A DNA stretch of 61,511 bases, the filler included, from Sphacelaria rigidula (taxonomy: Eukaryota): NCBI GenBank assembly GCA_964200075.2. It is 7 parts of 7 records of this genome, joined end to end, with 100 filler letters (N's around TTAATTAATTAA, not from the genome) between each part and the next. Parts side by side here need not be neighbours in the genome. Positions count along the whole stretch, not along the records: positions 17,606 to 26,307 come from CAXNAA020010331.1; positions 26,408 to 35,108 come from CAXNAA020010332.1; positions 35,209 to 43,909 come from CAXNAA020010333.1; 4 more parts are not named here. One strand, given 5' to 3'. Positions 24,201 to 36,248 of this stretch are shown one piece after another (the first letter of the stretch is position 1; each line of letters begins with the position of its first letter). A program made the translations under genes and the position numbers. The notes beneath the pieces were generated by a model, which saw nothing but the letters and a program-made list of their open reading frames with translations, was not told the origin of the DNA and ran no database searches.

Positions 24201-26177
24201 CGTAGACAGAAAAAAATGGAACAGTTTACTATGAACGATCGATCCAAGGGGCTCAGCACTTGCATCTCTCGGGGATGACGTCGTGCCCTTCCTTCCTATT
24301 TTTTTTTTTTCCTCACGTTCGAGTACCGCACTTTTTCGCCATCGTTTAATTTCATATCCTGTGTTCATTCAAAGCATGGCGATTTTCGGCGTGCTTCCAC
24401 ATCTTACTCCACTCTCCACAGCTTTTCAACATACCTCTTGATTCTCAAACACTTTCTTCCTCCTTTCCGTCCCATCCCGTCCCGTCCCCCCCTTTTTTTT
24501 CTGTTTTTTTACAATCGCAGGCTGTGGACGAGACCCAACAAAAGCTGGAATTACTCGGGGGTGAACTTGACGACATGTGCCGTCGCCTTGGCATGGGAGA
24601 TAGCTTCCAGGTAGACTTTTTTTTTCTTTCCTTGTCACTTTTTAACCCCGCCCCCACCCGCTTGTCCATGCTCCGTGCGACTCGGTAGTCTCGAGGGATC
24701 TTTGGACCTCGCACTGCAGGTACTATTTACACTGTTCTCGTATTGTCATTGAGAGAGGCTGCTATTATAATATACTGCAGTGATGACAAATGGTGGTCCT
24801 TTGGGGAAGAATCTGGCGTACATTTTTTGTCTCTCGGGTAGTTTGCGTTGAACGAAATGAAAAAATGCGCCACATTTATGATTTTGGTGGTCTTTTACAA
24901 CGCGGACAGAACACAGATTTTTTCACCTGCATCCACAAAAGACGATATATTAAAAGTAATTTCAAATGGTGAGAAACTGATGGATCTGTAAGCGCGAATA
25001 CCTTGTATGAGCCCCCTCGACCGCCATGGTGGATCAACTAGGTCTTGCTATTGTACATTCTTTTTTGAAGTGAAAGCAAAAGGCCACGTGTGCAGCCCAC
25101 GCACACATTTCGCAATATTCGTCGAACAAACCCCGGATGTGTTCCCATGCGCATCAAAAGAGCGGAGAAGAAAGGACCCGGTGCTGCAGCACGGGTAGCC
25201 TCCAGGAAATGTTCAGGTTTGCCAACTTTGTCAAGCATCCTCATACTGAATACCCCGCTTCCACTTATCTCCTTTTTCATGCGATCTCCCCAGGGCAGGT
25301 CGTGTAGGGTGTACCCGATATTGTTGGTATTTTGGAAAGTGGAGATCCGATCTATGCCCACAGAAGCAGCCAGCCCAGTGTTGTTATTCCCCTCTCGAAA
25401 GTCCATAATACTCGTCACTGTGATTTGGGCAGGTGATATGCGACTTTTGGGGAAAACTAAAATATCGAATATACCTCACTCGACCTTCCCGTGCAATCTT
25501 CTCAAAACACTCCTCCCCTTCGCCGATGAACGAGAATATATGTTCTTAACAACCAGTCATCATCCTCTAGCAAGGCACGGTAGGACAGGTAGTCTGAGTA
25601 CACATGGCACAATGGTACGTGGGCCGTGTTCAAAATTTCGGATGTTGCAGCTATGCTGTGATAACTATTACACTATATTGTACGTTTACTGCCTCTTTTT
25701 CAATGCCGTGTCTCTTTTACTTACGAACCGTACACATGCCGACAGCGGACGAGTCGTACGTGTTTCCTGTGCCGAGTATGACAGCTAGCTCCCAGCAGTA
25801 GGGGAGCACCCTGTGCCTGCGGTGTGCATCTTGTATAGGGCAATGTTTATCGTGATGTCGATCAATAACCCCACGCCTGCCCCCTCGCTCGCCCGCCTGC
25901 CCTCCCGCTCGCTGCCCCGCGCGTACACTCGTGATGCCAACACGTGCTCTGAATACTGCTTTTTCAGGGTCGGAGCGGCGACGTTGCTGTAGAAAAAGGG
26001 CACGACTCTCCGACTCGCACCGCCGGCGGCGGCGGCAGTGCAACAGATCCGAAGGAGTTTAAAGCTGTGGAGGGCTTGACTCCTGCTGAGGCTCGTATCC
26101 TGGTCGCGGGGCTGGTGGATGATATGACCGCGTCGGGTATAGGGGAGATGCTGCGCCAGGAAGAGGCCAACAAGATG
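18218..26177 (+). CDS. Internal exons of a coiled-coil protein, resembling the kinesin-4 (KIF4/KIF21-type) stalk
   Basis: Phase-compatible GT-AG exons at 18218-18316, 19221-19422, 20006-20175, 22123-22455, 24521-24610 and 25968-26177. The joined product includes MRKKNNKDQRSMSKMELEVRRQKAAAARKDTQVGRIGDKLKKTEEHLLRLL and GLTPAEARILVAGLVDDM. No motor domain is in the contig, so the family call is tentative. Confidence 0.7.
18827..18996. mobile_element. Palindromic MITE with 8-bp TSD (hAT-like), intronic
   Basis: Termini cacacattggacaatata / tatattgtccaaggtgtg, exact TSD gacttgtt (18819-18826 and 18997-19004), and an internal inverted repeat gtactgcat...tgcagtac. Confidence 0.88.
19431..19478. repeat. 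(CTG/TTG/TCG)n trinucleotide repeat at an intron 5' end
   Basis: Visible run directly after the donor site at 19423. Confidence 0.9.
20326..21130 (-). mobile_element. Tandem family A retroposon copies, the first interrupted by a poly(A)-tailed insertion
   Basis: Terminus tctactcatgaccttgcatg at about 20327 resumes at about 20594 (tgcatgccggagtgatatggccattgacctcgcatccctacaaagccggg). A second, long copy runs from about 20713 to 21130. Confidence 0.8.
20350..20592 (-). mobile_element. Probable 3' end of a poly(A)-tailed non-LTR element
   Basis: T run at 20353-20364 on the plus strand. The minus-strand frame RAEAHKSMAARVLRQVVRGVKWEHPHTALRKAC ends upstream of it. tgcatg occurs on both sides. Confidence 0.5.
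21638..21769 (+). mobile_element. Longest copy of short retroposon family B, with TSD
   Basis: Ends gtgctccgtctcgaaaggggttcgtggtcaacggtcaaacgactaaggcaagcaacaaatgagtc. Flanks are C10-T-A8-G (21618-21637) and C14-TG-A9-G (21768-21793). Confidence 0.8.
23129..23545 (-). mobile_element. Near full-length (~415 bp) copy of short retroposon family A
   Basis: Collinear with 20713-21130 to the same endpoint (...taccgc.a.aaaacgcaagcg). Flanked by gggcgaggggcaag and gggcgaggggaag (candidate TSD). Confidence 0.85.
24041..24111. repeat. Degenerate (AAATCT)n hexamer repeat
   Basis: taaatttagatctaaatccaagtctaaatctgaatcttaatttgaaaataaatcttaatttcaacctaaac. Confidence 0.8.
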
Positions 26178-26205
26178 GTGCGTGTTCCCGCCGGAAGGGG
26201 AAGGG

Positions 26206-26231
26206 GTGTACTCATGATCATGCATGCCATA
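26206..26231 (-). mobile_element. ~25-bp 3' tip of family A between G tracts
   Basis: ggggtgtactcatgatcatgcatgccata followed by a long G run. Confidence 0.75.
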
Positions 26232-26849
26232 GGGGGGGGGCGGGGGGGGGGGGGGTAGCACGGTTGTCGAGGCCGTGGGTGGTTTCGCATCAATCCCCGA
26301 GGATGTCNNNNNNNNNNNNNNNNNNNNNNNNNNNNNNNNNNNNNNNNNNNNTTAATTAATTAANNNNNNNNNNNNNNNNNNNNNNNNNNNNNNNNNNNNN
26401 NNNNNNNAGTACACCTCCTCCCCCCCCTCCCTCCTCCCTCCCCTCCGTGACAGATGGCCGTTATGATCCACAGGGCTTCTGGCCGGTGACCTCGCTAGCC
26501 CCCCACGGGAGCTTCAAAGTGCAGCACTAGAATCCTGGTGCTGGCGCATTTTCGTGTCCATCGCCGGCCCAACTGTCTGGTCGCCGTTCACCGCCCCCCC
26601 GCTGAAATCTCAATATATCGTCCACCAAGTGAACACCTTGAGGATGTCGCCATCTCCCGACGTATGACATTCTTTCCCAGGAGCAGAACACTACGCCACA
26701 CTGTCCCTATCCGGCCGAACCTGCGTGCTGTTTCGGAACCCGCCCTGGCAGTGGCACCCGCGATAAATCGTTACATGCCGCTGCCAATGACCGGCAGTTC
26801 GACACCGGTAGTGTCAATGGCTCGACAAGTACCGACGTATGTTTAAAGA

Positions 26850-27119
26850 GTGTTTGCGCGTGTGGAACATAAAAAGAGCACAATCACCTTGCCTCAATTG
26901 GTCGCGGCAATGAAAAAGCATGCTGGGCATGCGGCGGGCACTTGCCACTGTTGTGGCCAGGTCGGCCATTACGCGCGCGATTTCCCAACGTCTTCCGGTG
27001 GAGAGCCTGGGCAGTCTCATACCGCGCGCCATCAGCATCATCAGCACAAGGGCAAAATACGAGGTAATCGGGGTCGCAGCGGCGGATCCTCCGGTGGGGG
27101 AGGGTCGCAGTCGAGTTCT

Positions 27120-27150
<31 letters not shown>

Positions 27151-29100
27151 GGCAGAGGGGTCAGCATGGGTTTGGTTCTGGGTACGGCGCCGCTGTAGGT
27201 GTTGCTGCTTCGCAACGTTGCGTTGCGGTGCAGGTACCCGACTTCTACGGCGTCAAGCACTGCACCGGCGCCGGTGGTGGCGCCGGTGGCGAAACCGGCA
27301 GCAGCACCAGGCGCGACGCCTCCTGCTGCGCTGGTCGGGAGTTCGCCAAATTCTTGGTCTGCTGGCCGGGGGTCACACCCGCCGGCGGTGCCGTTTCAAT
27401 ATGCCGGGGCGTCTTCGCCTGCGCAGCTTGCGCAGCCGTGGCGTCAAGGATTGGCGGCGCATCGGTCAGCGAGTAAAGTGCCAGTGGAGTCTGCGCACAG
27501 ATACGTTCCTGCGGAGCTGTGTCTTCCAAATCAACGGGACGGTGGAGACATTGCGGTTCGGGCTAAATGGGATTCTGACCCCCACTTGACGGATCATGTG
27601 GGTCTGTCGGTACAGATTGTAGAGGTGTTGGAGCGTCTTCTTCCGAGTGTGCCGCTGCGCAAGCCGTTTTCGCTCGGGGCGCGGCAGGCCATCACCGCGT
27701 CGGGTCAGAGCATATTGTTCCGCTGCAGCTGACTTTCACGACTTCCTGGGGGCCGGCGTCGTTGCCTCCGATCTCGTTTGCGATCATGCCGGGGTCGGAT
27801 GGCGTCATTCTTCTGGGGTTGCCGACGCTTCTTCACGATCTTGGAGTCGACGCTCGGTGGTTGTGGGACTCCATGAAGACGCGCATATCTCCGCCTGGCC
27901 CACGCTTGGAAATGCCCACCTTTTTGGGCAGTCGTCGCGTGAGCTTGTCGGTGGATGCCTTTCAGGAGGCTGGGGAGCAGGTGACTGAGGAGCGGGATGC
28001 GGCGGTGGAACGCTTGGTAGAGCACGGCCCGGATATGTTTAAGGTTCGGACGGAAGAGGAGTCCGCTCGGAACGTCGCGCTGGAGGAGAGCGTGACGGAC
28101 GCTGTGGCGAAAGGCCTCAGCGTTTTAAAAGCGGAGCGCCTGCGTGGCATATCGCAACACCGCGTCAACGCGTTTCGTCGTGCGCTGTGAGGTGATCCCC
28201 CTGCGCGCGTGGAGCCCATGCGTGTTCAGCTCAAATCTAGGGCGTCCGCGGTGAAGGCGAAGCCGCGGCGGTACGATCCGGTGGAGTCGAGTTGGTTGGC
28301 GTCGTGCATGGCGGCTCTTTTGGCGCTCGGGTTGGTGTTACGGAATCTGCAGGCGGGGTGGTCCAGTTCAGATATGTTGTTTTCGGAGAAGGCTGCATCG
28401 TGGACGGAGGGCAGGCTGCAGGCGTGGACGGCAGCGAAGGATCTGGAGGCTCATGCCGTGACGCCGTTCCATCCTCGTCCTGATTATCAGGTGTCACTGT
28501 TTCCGGATGCATTTGAGTACCATTGAGGTAGTTTGGTCATGCAGATGCCTAAGGTTGAAATGCAAAGACGCTTGCCGGTCGAGGATATAAAGCATGAACC
28601 GCTGGCTTTCCTTAGTGGTAACTTCAAGGGTTCGCAGTTGCGTTGGGTCACAATTGACAAAGAAGGTTTTGCTATCGTGAGCATTTTTCGTCGTTTGGAG
28701 CATCTTCTGTGGGATGGCGTGCACATTTTCACGGATCACCGAAACCTCGTGTTTATTTTCAACCCGGAAGCGTGCGTTACGCCTGTGTCCAAGGCATTGG
28801 CACAACGTTCAGAGGGTTGGGAAGCTGTTCTCGGCCAGTATCGTTAATCGATTCGCGATATTTCGGGTGAGCGTAACGCGTGGGGTGACCTGCTCTCGCG
28901 TTGGGTGAATATTCCGGCTTTGCCTGTGCGCGCTGTGGCTGTGAATGGTCCGTGTGAACCTGACGACTCGATACCGTCCGAATCTGTTGTCCGCCAAGCG
29001 CAGCGGAAAAAACTTCGGGCCGAAAATGCGGATGTGCAGTCTTTCAAGTCGGACGTTGTACTGCTATCTTGGACAATGGAGGTCTATGTCGTGTGCATGT
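26850..29100 (+). mobile_element. Ty3/Gypsy retrotransposon relic: gag zinc knuckle, protease region, RT start, RNase H; RT core absent
   Basis: CHCCGQVGHYARDF (degenerate CCHC), polyQ, FAIMPGSDGVILLGLPTL (protease C-terminus), EPMRVQLK..AVKAKPRRYDP (RT N-terminus), LFPDA...LAFLSGNFKGSQLRWVTIDKEGFAIV...IFTDHRNL...NAWGDLLSRW (RNase H). Several stops and frameshifts. Confidence 0.9.
27120..27149 (+). repeat. (CAG)n repeat within gag
   Basis: Run of CAG codons giving polyQ. Confidence 0.95.
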
Positions 29101-30799
29101 GCGTGCTCAGAGAGGTTATTGTGCCACGTTTTCCCCGAGCTGTGCTATTGACATACGGTAACACCCCTGTTCAGCCTTCCGGGTGAACGACATCGGACAC
29201 ACACGCGAAACACAACGCCGAAAGCACCAATATAGCTAGAACTTGCTTGAGCGTGTGAAGTCATGTAAGCCTAGCAGACGTGCTTATTCGACTTGAGCTG
29301 CCACGGTCATGTCTAGGGAGTCAATACTCACAATACTTCTCGAGCACCGTCGGATTACTGGTTTTGTTGCTCAGTGCGTCCGGAGACACAAGCAAAACAA
29401 AGAGCCGGGGGCTACTGATGGAGCTGAAACTTGTTGAGGGCGTCTAACGTGATGTTGGATGGACCGTGGGGTGCTTATTTCGCGCCGCGGGGCTTATGGG
29501 ACGTAATTAGTGGGAACAACGACAGCAATTTTGGCTAGTTTATTTTAGTTGAAAACTCTAAGCAGGTGTGGCTAGGTACACCCAATTAATGCTGTGTACG
29601 CATGTGTCGCTTACGATGCCACCGGAGGAGTAAGGGCCGATAGGAAGCTCCTCGCCCGTGTCTTTTGTGTCTCCGTTCGGCCATTAACAATCGCTCGAGA
29701 TATTGGCATCAGGTTACCACCACATACCCAATTTGCAAGCCCTTTCGCCGGCACAAGAAGGACAGGTGCTTGGACAGCCCCCACCCCCAAGTTCGGGTTG
29801 CCGTGTCTTGACTGATGTATTCGTGTCTTCTCTGTCGCGCTGATCAATGCAAATATCGATCCCTTTCTGCCTCTCTGTTTGGACAGGACGTGCCTCTGTG
29901 AGCTACAGAACACGTCGTCGCAAAACAGGGCGACATTCTTGTCACCGCTATCTCATTGTCATGTACACACGTGCGAGCAATGATTCTTTCGCGAAGATCC
30001 AATCGCGTGTGCGGAATAGTATCCTTCGTTTTGGGCGACGGCGATACAAGGGATATAGTCGTACACATCCGGGTTGAGGGGATGTAGATGTATCAAACGC
30101 CCATGCAGACTTCCTTGGCTGGCCTGGCGAAACAAGTTACGTCTGGCGGTGACCTGGCTGCTGCTGGCGTGGCCCACATGGGGGCCCGCTGTGAGCTGCA
30201 ACGCGTTTTTTGTGATGAACAATCAATGCGCACTGTGGCGGGGAGGGGTCGTGTCTTCATTTTTTCGACTCCGCCGACGCCACCATATGCTTTTGCCTGA
30301 CGCAAGATATGGTTCCACCAGGAGTACAAGAATGTTCTCGTAGAATATGGACTACTTACCGTGTCCATTTGTGGGCCACGCCGTTGAGCGCTGGCAAACA
30401 GAGTCTTGTTTGAGATAGGTCGGGGAGAAACCCAGACAACTCATTGCCACTGACTTTACGCGAATGGTTTCTGTCTCCCGACCAAGTACGAACATACTCT
30501 GAAGTTGGAACTATTCCCATAGCCTCATGACGGGTGGCAGAAGGTGGCAGAACGCGCTGTCATCGGCTTCCGCCAGGCATCAAGAGATCGATGCCACACG
30601 TTTTTCGAGCTCTGGGGAAAATACCCAAGGACAATATAAATAACTAGTAGGACTACGTTGAGGAGTAGTACCTGCCGTACCTTCGGGCAATACCTCATTT
30701 CTAGTGTGGACGCTGGGGAGGTGTTCGTACGGCAAGTGATCGACCAGACAAACATATGCATGCAACCTTGGTGGAGTCTTGATCCACCACTCGACTAGA

Positions 30800-33700
30800 A
30801 CGACATAATCTAGCGGCCAAAACCCACACGGGAGGCCACTGGTACACGTTATCTGCATTCTGGAGCATTACGTTTCTTTCATACATTACACAAAAACCTT
30901 TGACATATCCTATCCCTGTCCTGTTTCGCCGTCTCTGGCCACCATCTATCTCCTAGTATAGTCATTGTTTTCTCCCTACTGTCTAATGCACCAAACGATT
31001 TCATGCCATCTTCGTTCACGTCCCGCATTTCTTCCTCTAGCACGTCCAGTTCCTCCTTCACGTCCCGTTCCTCGTTGCATAGGTCACATCCTGCCACTAT
31101 ATGACTTCTGCTCTTTATTGCTTTGCCACAGGGGCAGTTCTGTGCATCTACTTCCTCCTCCACACGACTACTGGGATATCTCTTTCTTCTCTCTGGCAGG
31201 TCCAGGTCCCCCACCCGAAATCGCAGTTTCAATTTTTTCGCAGCGTCCATGGAGCCATGCAGATATGCTTTCATCCGATCCCCTCTCTCAACGACCCGTA
31301 TATCTCCAGGTGTTCTTCCTCGTCTACTTTGCGTCTCAGCGCTCCTTTTCCCCTTATTTCTATCATGTCCTTTACTTCTGTCTTGTACCCCGTGTCTTCA
31401 TCTATGGACAGTATTTCGTCTTGGTTTCCTCTTATCCCCTGCCATACTTTGTCAACTTCTCGATCCCACCTTGTTCCAGCCTTCCCTTTCGTACTTTTCT
31501 CCCATGCAGCCCGATCAACTATAGCTGGCAATATCTTTCTCTGCATGTTCTCTACGCTATACTGCCATCTCAATTTCCTCATATTTCTGTTTGTTTTAAG
31601 TGAATACATTCCCACCTATGCTCTCAACGCTGTAATACTCGTCATTTTCGAGCATCCAGGTATCTTCTTAGCTGCTGCCACATGTACTGTTTCCAATTTC
31701 TCCGCCACCTTCACGTTCCCCTCCCGTACTTTTCCTGCATATTCCAGCTTTGGTACAATCACATTCATCAGGATACATATCTCAATCCTAGTGTCTAGGT
31801 GCGAGTTTCTGAGGACAACATCGATCCTACCTCTGTGCCTTATCCTTTCCTATTACTTTATTTATGTGTGCATCCTAAGAACAGTTTCTTGATACCTTTA
31901 CAAGTACAACAAGGTATGTGTACTGGTCTACGATCGGCAATTCCTCTTCTCCCCACTTCCACTTGAACTCTACCAGATTTTTATTATCTTCGTTGCAGAC
32001 GAATACCGCGCATTTGTTGACGTTCGCTGTCACTCTCCATTTCCTAGTGTATTCTAGAGCCTTTTCTATTTGCTTTTGCAATCTTTCTGGTGTTTCTGGA
32101 ATCCCCACAAAATCATTCGCGAACATCAAAGCTGATGTCACATCTTCACCCACCTTGAGTCCTTGATTTGCTTCTACCGCTTTCATCAAGTCATTAATGA
32201 ATACCCTGAACAAAGTGGGTGATAACGTACATCCTTGTGCAACTCCTTATAAAACATCGAAATATTTCGATATTTCCCGGCTAGCATCATGGCACGTTTG
32301 GGCACATTTTGTCATCTTCTTTACCATTTTCCATATCTTTCCTCTGATCCCAGTTTCTCACAGTTTTTTTCACAATCCGTTTCTCCATACTGTGCCATAA
32401 GCTTTTTGCACGTCCAGAAAGAAACAGTACGTTGTCAACCCGGCGTCTTCCCTACCTTGAATAATCTTACCTAGTGTGTACACGTGGTCTACGCAACGAC
32501 GGTTTGGTCTGAAACCTGCTTACCCCTCGCTGATTTTTTCGTCCTTTTCTAGAATCGTTCCTACTCGATCGTTCAGAATTTTACAGAATTTTTTCCCTAC
32601 CGTGCTCAGTAGCGTTATCCCTCTATAAATCCCTGGGTCAGCCTTGTCTCCTTTTTGGAAAGATTGACTACTACTCCTCCTCTCTACCTCTTGGGTATAT
32701 ACTCGTTTTCCCATATCCAGTTGTACAGCTCAACCATCATGGTAATCATTCCCTCCCCCCTGTACTTCGTTCATTGACGACTAAGGCAAGCAACGAATGG
32801 GTACGCCTCCCCCCCCTGTACTTCAGAAAAAAAATCACAATTCCGTCTGCCCCTGCTGCTTTTTTGTTCTTGAGTTTAGCTACGCACTTCTTTACTTCAT
32901 CTCTGGAAATTCTCTCTGCAAATCTTCCGAGCCACTATCCTCCGGTTTTGACGTCTCTGCATGTGCTTCTGCCCACTCATTGATCTCTTTCTCGAATTCC
33001 GTGTCGAACTTCGTGTTAGTTTTTGGTGTTTCTAGTTTACGGTAGTGCTCGACTAGCACTTCTCGCTTCCCCTTCGAACTACTGACTATTTTGCCGTTCT
33101 TTGTCCGGAGTGTAGCTATCCCGTTGTCTATCTTTCTTGACTGGTTTCCCACAATCCCTTCTATCCTCACCCACATTTGTTTTATCCCGCCATCGAAAGT
33201 TTCATTTGTTTTAGTTTCTACACCTTCCCATACTTCCTTTTTTTTCTTCTGTGCCATAGTTTTTACTTCCTTCCGAGCTTTAGTATACTCCTCCCATCCT
33301 ACCGTGCTTTTGCTCGACATCCGCCTCGCGTGGGCCTCTCTCCTTACTCTTATAGACTCTTTTACTTCCTCATCCCACCAGTGTACTGCGCTGTTGCATA
33401 CTATCAGTTTCCTCCCTATGACTTCACTCGCTGTGTTCTTGACCAGCTGCTCCCGTCCTTCTACAATCCTCGCTCCTGCCCGATTTCTTTCCATTTCGTA
33501 TCAACTGTTCCTACGTGTTCAAACAGTTCGGAAAATTTCACTGCGTGTTTGGTCATTTCTTCTTAAAAATCTTGCTGTTTTCCTTCCATATTTAGTTCAT
33601 CGATTCTCCATTTGTACAACTTCCCACCCCGCATATTTATTTCAGCTCTCGCCTGTTGGCTTCCTGTTCATACAAGATAGTGATCTATAGTTCCCACGTC

Positions 33701-35040
33701 GACCGGGCATACATGTACTTCCATTTCTTCACTATTTCCATACTCTACCGCTATATAATCAAGAACGGAGTGTTCTCTCTTTTTTCCTGTGCATTTCCTC
33801 GCCCATGTCCATTGCACCTCTGACTTTAGTACTCTATCTTTCAGCGTCTTCATCCACCCCAATCATGTTCTTATCTTCCCCCCTATTGCCCAATGATATC
33901 ATCCGGTTGACCTGTTTTTCCTACCCTTGCATTCAAATTTCCCGCTAACATTACATCTTCTTGCATTTTATACTTACGTACATCTGTTGACATCTCTCCA
34001 AACCTACGCTGAATATCGTTTATCCTACTCTTCAATTCTGGGGACATGTAGATGTTCCCCACGAAGAAGTCCTTCGTTCCCCGCTCTCCTGGTACCCTTA
34101 TTCATATGCTCTCGTCGAATTTCGTGTCATCGATCACTTCGGTAATGTCACACAGGTATTTCTTGACTAAGAATCCTACTCCCCCCGCTCCCCTGCTATT
34201 GGGCTTCTGTCTTTTCCACTTCTTCCCTATCCATGCGTTATCTTCCACTTTGCATCCTATTTCCATTTCTTCTTTCTCCCATGACTCTTGAATTCCTACT
34301 ATATCTAGGTCGTGCTTACTTGCTTGTTGGGCTATCTTCATTCCTTTGCGTTCGTCTGTGGCGAAGCCACACACGTTCCACGATCCTATTCTCAACTCTT
34401 TCCGAATCATATTCAGTTCTCTTGTTGTCTGCTATCCTCTTTCCGTGTATCTTACTTCTACCCTTCCTTGCTCGATTTTTCTGCCCCTTGCCGGTTTGGT
34501 CTTTGCGTAGTTGCTTCGGGCCACCATGTCCCCTCCCCTCCCCCTTCCGGGCATTTACCTGTTCCTGCCTCTCTTTCCCTCCGTTTGCCCGTGCACTACG
34601 TCTTCGGTTTTTTATTCCCTTAGCAGTGCATACTCTCCATCCTACCCTTCTAACCCATGCCGATACCTTACTTATTTCTATCCTTTCCCACTCCTTGCTC
34701 GCGCTCTGTTTTAGCGTGGATCGGAAGTGTTCTCCTTCCCTCTCTACTTTTCCTGTTGCCAAACAGTATAATCCAACTTCATCGTATTTCTTTTTAAGTT
34801 CTACTCTCGTCATGTCGCTACGGACTCCGAATAACAGCACTACTTGCACTTTACCCGACCACTCCTTACTCCTCCATCGGCCCTTCCTTACCATCTTCCT
34901 CTCGATCTCCTTCGAGAGAATCTCCAGCTTGTTGGTTTCAATCATATTGATGGGATATCGTCAACGTTCTGGGACACATCCCAATTCTAGTACTCGTTGG
35001 GGGTCTGGTTCCTCTCAGTTTTTTTGCTGGCTCACCGACA
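30800..35040 (-). mobile_element. Near full-length decayed LINE (ORF1-like region, APE endonuclease, RT, C-terminal Cys/His motif)
   Basis: APE: LRIGSWNVCG...DIVGIQESW, LDYIAV, TIDHYLV. RT: YRGITLLSTVGK, GVAQGCTLSPTLFRVFINDL, LMFANDFVG, YTYL. C-terminus: CPCGKAIKSRSHIVAGC. Basic upstream ORF at 34316-34945. Many frameshifts. Confidence 0.93.
32769..32805 (+). mobile_element. 37-bp family B tip inserted in the LINE RT region
   Basis: gttcattgacgactaaggcaagcaacgaatgggtacg is flanked by duplicated cct(C)n-tgtacttc. Confidence 0.8.
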
Positions 35041-35749
35041 CTAAATAATGCCTGCAACATGGGCTCGTAGCCTGAAGCCAAGTTCAACACCTTTGACACA
35101 AATACCCCNNNNNNNNNNNNNNNNNNNNNNNNNNNNNNNNNNNNNNNNNNNNTTAATTAATTAANNNNNNNNNNNNNNNNNNNNNNNNNNNNNNNNNNNN
35201 NNNNNNNNCTCGGGGAATCAAGCCCTCCTACTCCACCATCAGAAGGTTACGAGGTTACCAACTGAGCCACCGGGGCGACCGGCAACGGTTTGGAGAGGCA
35301 AAATCTACACGTGAATCAAAATAAAAAAAGCCGGGCACAATGAGCAGCCGGGAATTCCCACGCTCGAGTTCGCTTCCGCCAATGTCGCCCGTATGAGGTG
35401 CTTCATGCAGCCTGACACCAAACACCAAGCGGTGTATGACCATCTTCTTCGCGACAGTTTTGAGCTGTTTTTTCAGGGGGGACTATCGTAGAAAGCGTCG
35501 TAATCTGAAGGAATCGGCCCGTGTCAATGAACCCTTTGGGTATCCTCCCCTTCTGTCCCCGGGTCAGACGCCTCATTATTTTAACGAGCCCTGGCGAAGA
35601 AAGAAAATATAGAAACAGAAGTCGGTCGACCATTTTCACGGCGGAAGGCCACAGAAGGATCCAGCAGCATACGTCATGCGCGCACCAAAAATGTCACCCC
35701 GGGTGCGGTCGGATTACTTTTGCCCTGTAAGGGACGCAAGTTTGTTCGA

Positions 35750-36248
35750 TAGCGTTGGATTTCGTATCGAGAGTTTCGATATATCGTATCGAAAGTTTCG
35801 ATATATCGTATCGAAAGTTTCGATATATCGTATCGAAAGTTTCGATATATCGTATCGAGATTTTCGATACATGGTATCGAAGTATCGTTATCGTCATCGT
35901 ATCGAAAACATTTCGATTAAACGACAAAACGTGCGGTGTGACTATCGGGTTTTGTTGAATCTCGACACGTTTACTCCCCCGCTAGGAGACCCTGATGAGG
36001 CCAATTTCGATTGGGGATATAAAATGAAGCCATGTATCCCAATTTTCTCGCATCCAGCGGCGCATCCGGCGGGACCGCCTCACGAACCGCGCGCGCGCGG
36101 GGGGGGGAATTCGGGGCTCGCACAGCGAGCGGACTCGCTGCGCTCGCCGAGGTTAGGCTTCGCCGGAATGTATCGAAAAATATCGTTATCGAATGCTGAA
36201 AAAGTCGATATCGTATCGAAGTGCTAAATGATTTGATATCCAACACTG
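35750..36248. mobile_element. hAT-like MITE with internal 22-bp tandem repeats
   Basis: Termini tagcgttggatttc / gatatccaacactg and flanks ttgttcga / ttgttgaa (6 of 8 match). Tandem tatcgtatcgaaagtttcgata units at about 35763-35880. Confidence 0.75.

Noticed and set aside
29850-30800. Possible decayed plus-strand ORF between the Gypsy relic and the LINE
   Set aside because: It has several stops, no recognisable motif, and is not clearly distinguishable from random sequence.
30965-35048. Long plus-strand ORFs (e.g. 31101-31892, 33091-33690, 34233-35048)
   Set aside because: Antisense shadows of the purine-rich LINE on the minus strand.
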